A stretch of DNA of 57,909 nt from Candidatus Kaiserbacteria bacterium (GTDB lineage: Bacteria; Patescibacteriota; Minisyncoccia; Phycocordibacterales; UBA918): positions 1 to 57,909 of the forward strand of contig JAYTKW010000022.1 in assembly GCA_043729945.1 (NCBI GenBank). Reading direction: 5' to 3'. This document shows, piece after piece, positions 55,222 through 57,909 of this stretch; the first letter of the stretch is position 1, and each line of letters starts with the position of its first letter. Position numbers and translations under genes: made by a program. The notes below the pieces were generated by a model, which saw only the letters and a list, made by a program, of their open reading frames with translations, was not told the origin of the DNA and made no database searches.

Positions 55222-57765
55222 ATGGTAGTTATTTTATTGCTGGCTGTGGTGGTGTTATATGTCTGGGTATTACGACTCGCTGACCGGGTCAATCAGCTCG
55301 AGTCAATGGCCGCCCGGCCTCAAGTAACTGATGCCCAGACAAATCAGCCGACAATACCCGAGTCATATGGGAAAAATAAGCCACCGGCTTTTGATATTCA
55401 TGAACTGAGTGTGCCAGTGCCAACCGTTGTCCAGGCCACCGCTATGTCGACACCCGCGCGGATGCCGCTGCCACAATTTTCGCCGCTGACGGTTGTCCCT
55501 GCGCCGACACCGATGTCGACCCAAACCAGTGCAGATACGGTACCAAATGAATTTATTATATATACGTGGTTTAAGGAACAGACCCTGATTAAAATTGGCG
55601 CCCTGATTTTCTTTTTGGGTGCAGTCTGGTTTGTGAGTTACGCGATTAGTCAGGGTTGGATACCGGTGTTTGTACGAATTTTACTCGGACTGTTGGTAGC
55701 GCTAATTATTTATGCACTGGGTGTGTGGCGTAAGTCGCAAAATGAAGGGCAGTACATCGTACTAACAGTTCTCGGTACGGGTATTGTCCTCGTGACGGTC
55801 TATTGTGCTCAGTTTCTGTTCGGATTATTTGTGGCGCCAGTTGCCCTCGTGATTATGGTGGCGAGTATTGCCTATACTGTCTATGTGAGTATTGAAACCA
55901 AAACAGAATGGTTGGCGACAATGAGCGCCCTGGCTGGTTTTGTAGCTCCGTTTTTGATTGGGGTCACTAATCCCGATATGACGCTCTTGATGTTTTATCT
56001 GTTTGTCTTGGCTGCCAGTTTTGCAGTAGTGACGTTTTTTACCCAGTGGCGAGTGGTACCGCTGGTATTGGTTGTGGGAGTGAGTTACTTTCAGCTCTGG
56101 GCACTTTCTATCCCGTTATTTCCACTCTTGTGGTTTAGTATGATTCTGTTTGCTGGGTTATTTCTTGCCATGACAACGGTGCGTTTAAGTCGGAGTCAGG
56201 CGCCGCAGCCAGCTGATATTTTCGCCCTCGCCGTGAGTGGTAGTATGTATACCTATGGCGCACACACTTTAGCCTACTCGAGCAGTCTCGCGTTATTTGT
56301 AGCGGCGTTTCTGCTCGCTGGAGTGGGATATGTGTTATCTGGTAATCAGGTGTCTAAACGAGTAGTGTCTGTGTACGTTTGTTTTGCGAGCGTGGCCTGG
56401 GTCATCGGAACTTGTTTCTTGCTCACAGGTTTCAGTTTGTTGTTTGCTCTGACTATTGAGGTCTTGGGAGCGTTTCTGATTTTAACTGATTTGCGGCTGT
56501 CTGCTCGGGCGGTGTATATATCAATGTGGGCGTTTGTGTTACCGATAGGCGCTTCTATTCCAGTCATATTCTCTGATCGTTGGAGTGAGGGAATTTGGCA
56601 CTTGGATGCGCTGGCGACTGTGACGGTCGCGCTTGTCTTGACGTTTGCGACGTTATGGGTACGAGAGCGCCCGCTGCTTTTAGCAGAATCATGGGCAGGG
56701 GCAGTGTCTGCGACGTTGGGTCTGACTGGGTTTGTGTACACCATAGTTCTCTTGGCCCAGATTGCCCGAGCCACAAGCGTTTCAAGTGAAGTGTATATGT
56801 ATGTGCTCTGGGGGGCGTTTATTTTCGGGTGTCTCTATTATGCAATTATTCGTAAGTTACCCCAAATGTGGATCACGGTAGCTTTCTCGGCGCTTTCGCT
56901 ACCGCTTGTGGTTAGCATAACGTCATTTAACGCTCTAGGGTGGCTCGACAGCGCCTTGCATCCGGCAGCAGTTGGTGTGTATGCCACCTGGGCTCTACTA
57001 TTGTGCACAATGCTTACCCTCAAAGTCTGGTATAGCGAGAGTCGGCTCGCAAGTGCGCGACAAATTTTACTGACATCGAGCATTGTACTTTTGGGGTACA
57101 GTTTAGCCGTCATTGCCCTGGTGTGGTATGCGCTAACGCCGGATCCTATAGCCAATGTGCTGACGTACGTCACGTATGGTCTAGTGGTCTACCTGGCAGC
57201 ACTGTGGTGGTGGCAACAGAACCAACCGCTCCCGTGGGTACAGTACGTCACGAGCGTGGGTATTCTCCCGGTACTCTTGTCGACAGCTTCACTTGATAGT
57301 AGTGGGTGGGGAACGAGTGTAGTGCACCCCCAGGCTGCTGGTTTGTATGTGATGACGGTGCTGATCAGTCTGATGGCTCTCCGGTATCTCACCTATCGTG
57401 GTGACGACAACAATCCAGAAGAGACTACTCGGGCACAAAACTGGGGTCGTGGCCTCTGTATCCTCGCTGGGATATATGGCGTGAGTATTGTGTGGTTGGT
57501 CACACATACGCTCTCTGCAACGAGCGATATTGCGGTGACGATTGCGCTCTTTGTGTACACCGTAGCCGGATTAGGTCTCTATGTGCTCGGCAGTAGTCAT
57601 GGCCGTCCTTTTATAAAATACGCTGGGATGTCTCTTCTGATTCTAGTAATCGTCCGTTTGGGATTATTTGAAATCTGGTCGATGGTTATTTTGTGGAAAA
57701 TTGTCACGTTCCTTGGTATCGGTCTCTTGTTCATGGTGGCTGCACTGCTGGAAAAAAAGAACTAA
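55222..57765 (+). CDS. Large polytopic membrane protein (DUF2339-like)
   Basis: 847 aa with an N-terminal TM helix plus linker, followed by more than 20 hydrophobic helices. Confidence 0.5.
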   Translation: MVVILLLAVVVLYVWVLRLADRVNQLESMAARPQVTDAQTNQPTIPESYGKNKPPAFDIHELSVPVPTVVQATAMSTPARMPLPQFSPLTVVPAPTPMSTQTSADTVPNEFIIYTWFKEQTLIKIGALIFFLGAVWFVSYAISQGWIPVFVRILLGLLVALIIYALGVWRKSQNEGQYIVLTVLGTGIVLVTVYCAQFLFGLFVAPVALVIMVASIAYTVYVSIETKTEWLATMSALAGFVAPFLIGVTNPDMTLLMFYLFVLAASFAVVTFFTQWRVVPLVLVVGVSYFQLWALSIPLFPLLWFSMILFAGLFLAMTTVRLSRSQAPQPADIFALAVSGSMYTYGAHTLAYSSSLALFVAAFLLAGVGYVLSGNQVSKRVVSVYVCFASVAWVIGTCFLLTGFSLLFALTIEVLGAFLILTDLRLSARAVYISMWAFVLPIGASIPVIFSDRWSEGIWHLDALATVTVALVLTFATLWVRERPLLLAESWAGAVSATLGLTGFVYTIVLLAQIARATSVSSEVYMYVLWGAFIFGCLYYAIIRKLPQMWITVAFSALSLPLVVSITSFNALGWLDSALHPAAVGVYATWALLLCTMLTLKVWYSESRLASARQILLTSSIVLLGYSLAVIALVWYALTPDPIANVLTYVTYGLVVYLAALWWWQQNQPLPWVQYVTSVGILPVLLSTASLDSSGWGTSVVHPQAAGLYVMTVLISLMALRYLTYRGDDNNPEETTRAQNWGRGLCILAGIYGVSIVWLVTHTLSATSDIAVTIALFVYTVAGLGLYVLGSSHGRPFIKYAGMSLLILVIVRLGLFEIWSMVILWKIVTFLGIGLLFMVAALLEKKN

Positions 57766-57789
57766 CGGAGTATCCAATAGGACCTCCCC

Positions 57790-57909
57790 AAACGGTGAAT
57801 GAAGAAAAGGGCGCGTAAAACGTGACATCAAGTCACGTTTTACCTATTCTGAATTTATGTCCCGATTTTCTCTCTCCTAGAGAAAATCGCTGGACCGCAC
57901 TTCCTGCCT
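57790..57909. mobile_element. Left part of another MITE-family copy, cut by the window end
   Basis: AAACGGTGAATGAAGAAA...TGAATTTATGTCCCGATTTTC..GAAAATCGCTGGACCG parallels 13815-13898. Confidence 0.55.

Overview
This 57.9-kb chromosomal window reads like a reduced-genome, CPR/Patescibacteria-like bacterium. That assignment is an inference from gene content: RNase Y, type IV pilus genes with giant pseudopilins, a split ComEC, a family II pyrophosphatase and almost no biosynthesis genes. Recognisable core genes are hup, rny, clpP, tig, ppaC, nusA, pilB, pilC, tpiA, pgk, recJ, comEC, an Fe/Mn SOD, rpmB, rpsL, rpsG, msrA and two ABC-F ATPases. These core genes alternate with visibly AT-richer accessory segments and an unusually dense load of structured intergenic repeats. 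Five things stand out.
1. tRNA-Gly(UCC) is followed by an accessory island. The island is punctuated by four same-strand copies of a tRNA 3'-end-like motif. Two of the copies sit inside ~135-180-nt structured elements (E1, E2) that share one architecture.
2. Downstream of a truncated rpsL-rpsG operon lies a repeat-punctuated cassette array (about 39.9-44.7 kb). It carries three toxin-antitoxin pairs, a NUDIX gene and a gene fragment. Each junction is marked by a same-orientation CCTAGG-N5-CCTAGG dyad repeat, and I could not recognise a recombinase in the window.
3. A MITE-like long-palindrome family has at least 7 copies with compensatory stem changes, including one copy inside the rpsL-rpsG spacer and one nested insertion.
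4. msrA is bracketed by ~112-116-nt repeat-type DNA and then by a duplicated 5' end (42/42 nt) and a diverged 3' end (10/12 aa).
5. A 2 x 101-nt tandem structured repeat lies at 53.8-54.1 kb.
All product calls come from motif recognition by eye. No database or HMM search was possible, and coordinates of small features may be off by a few nt.
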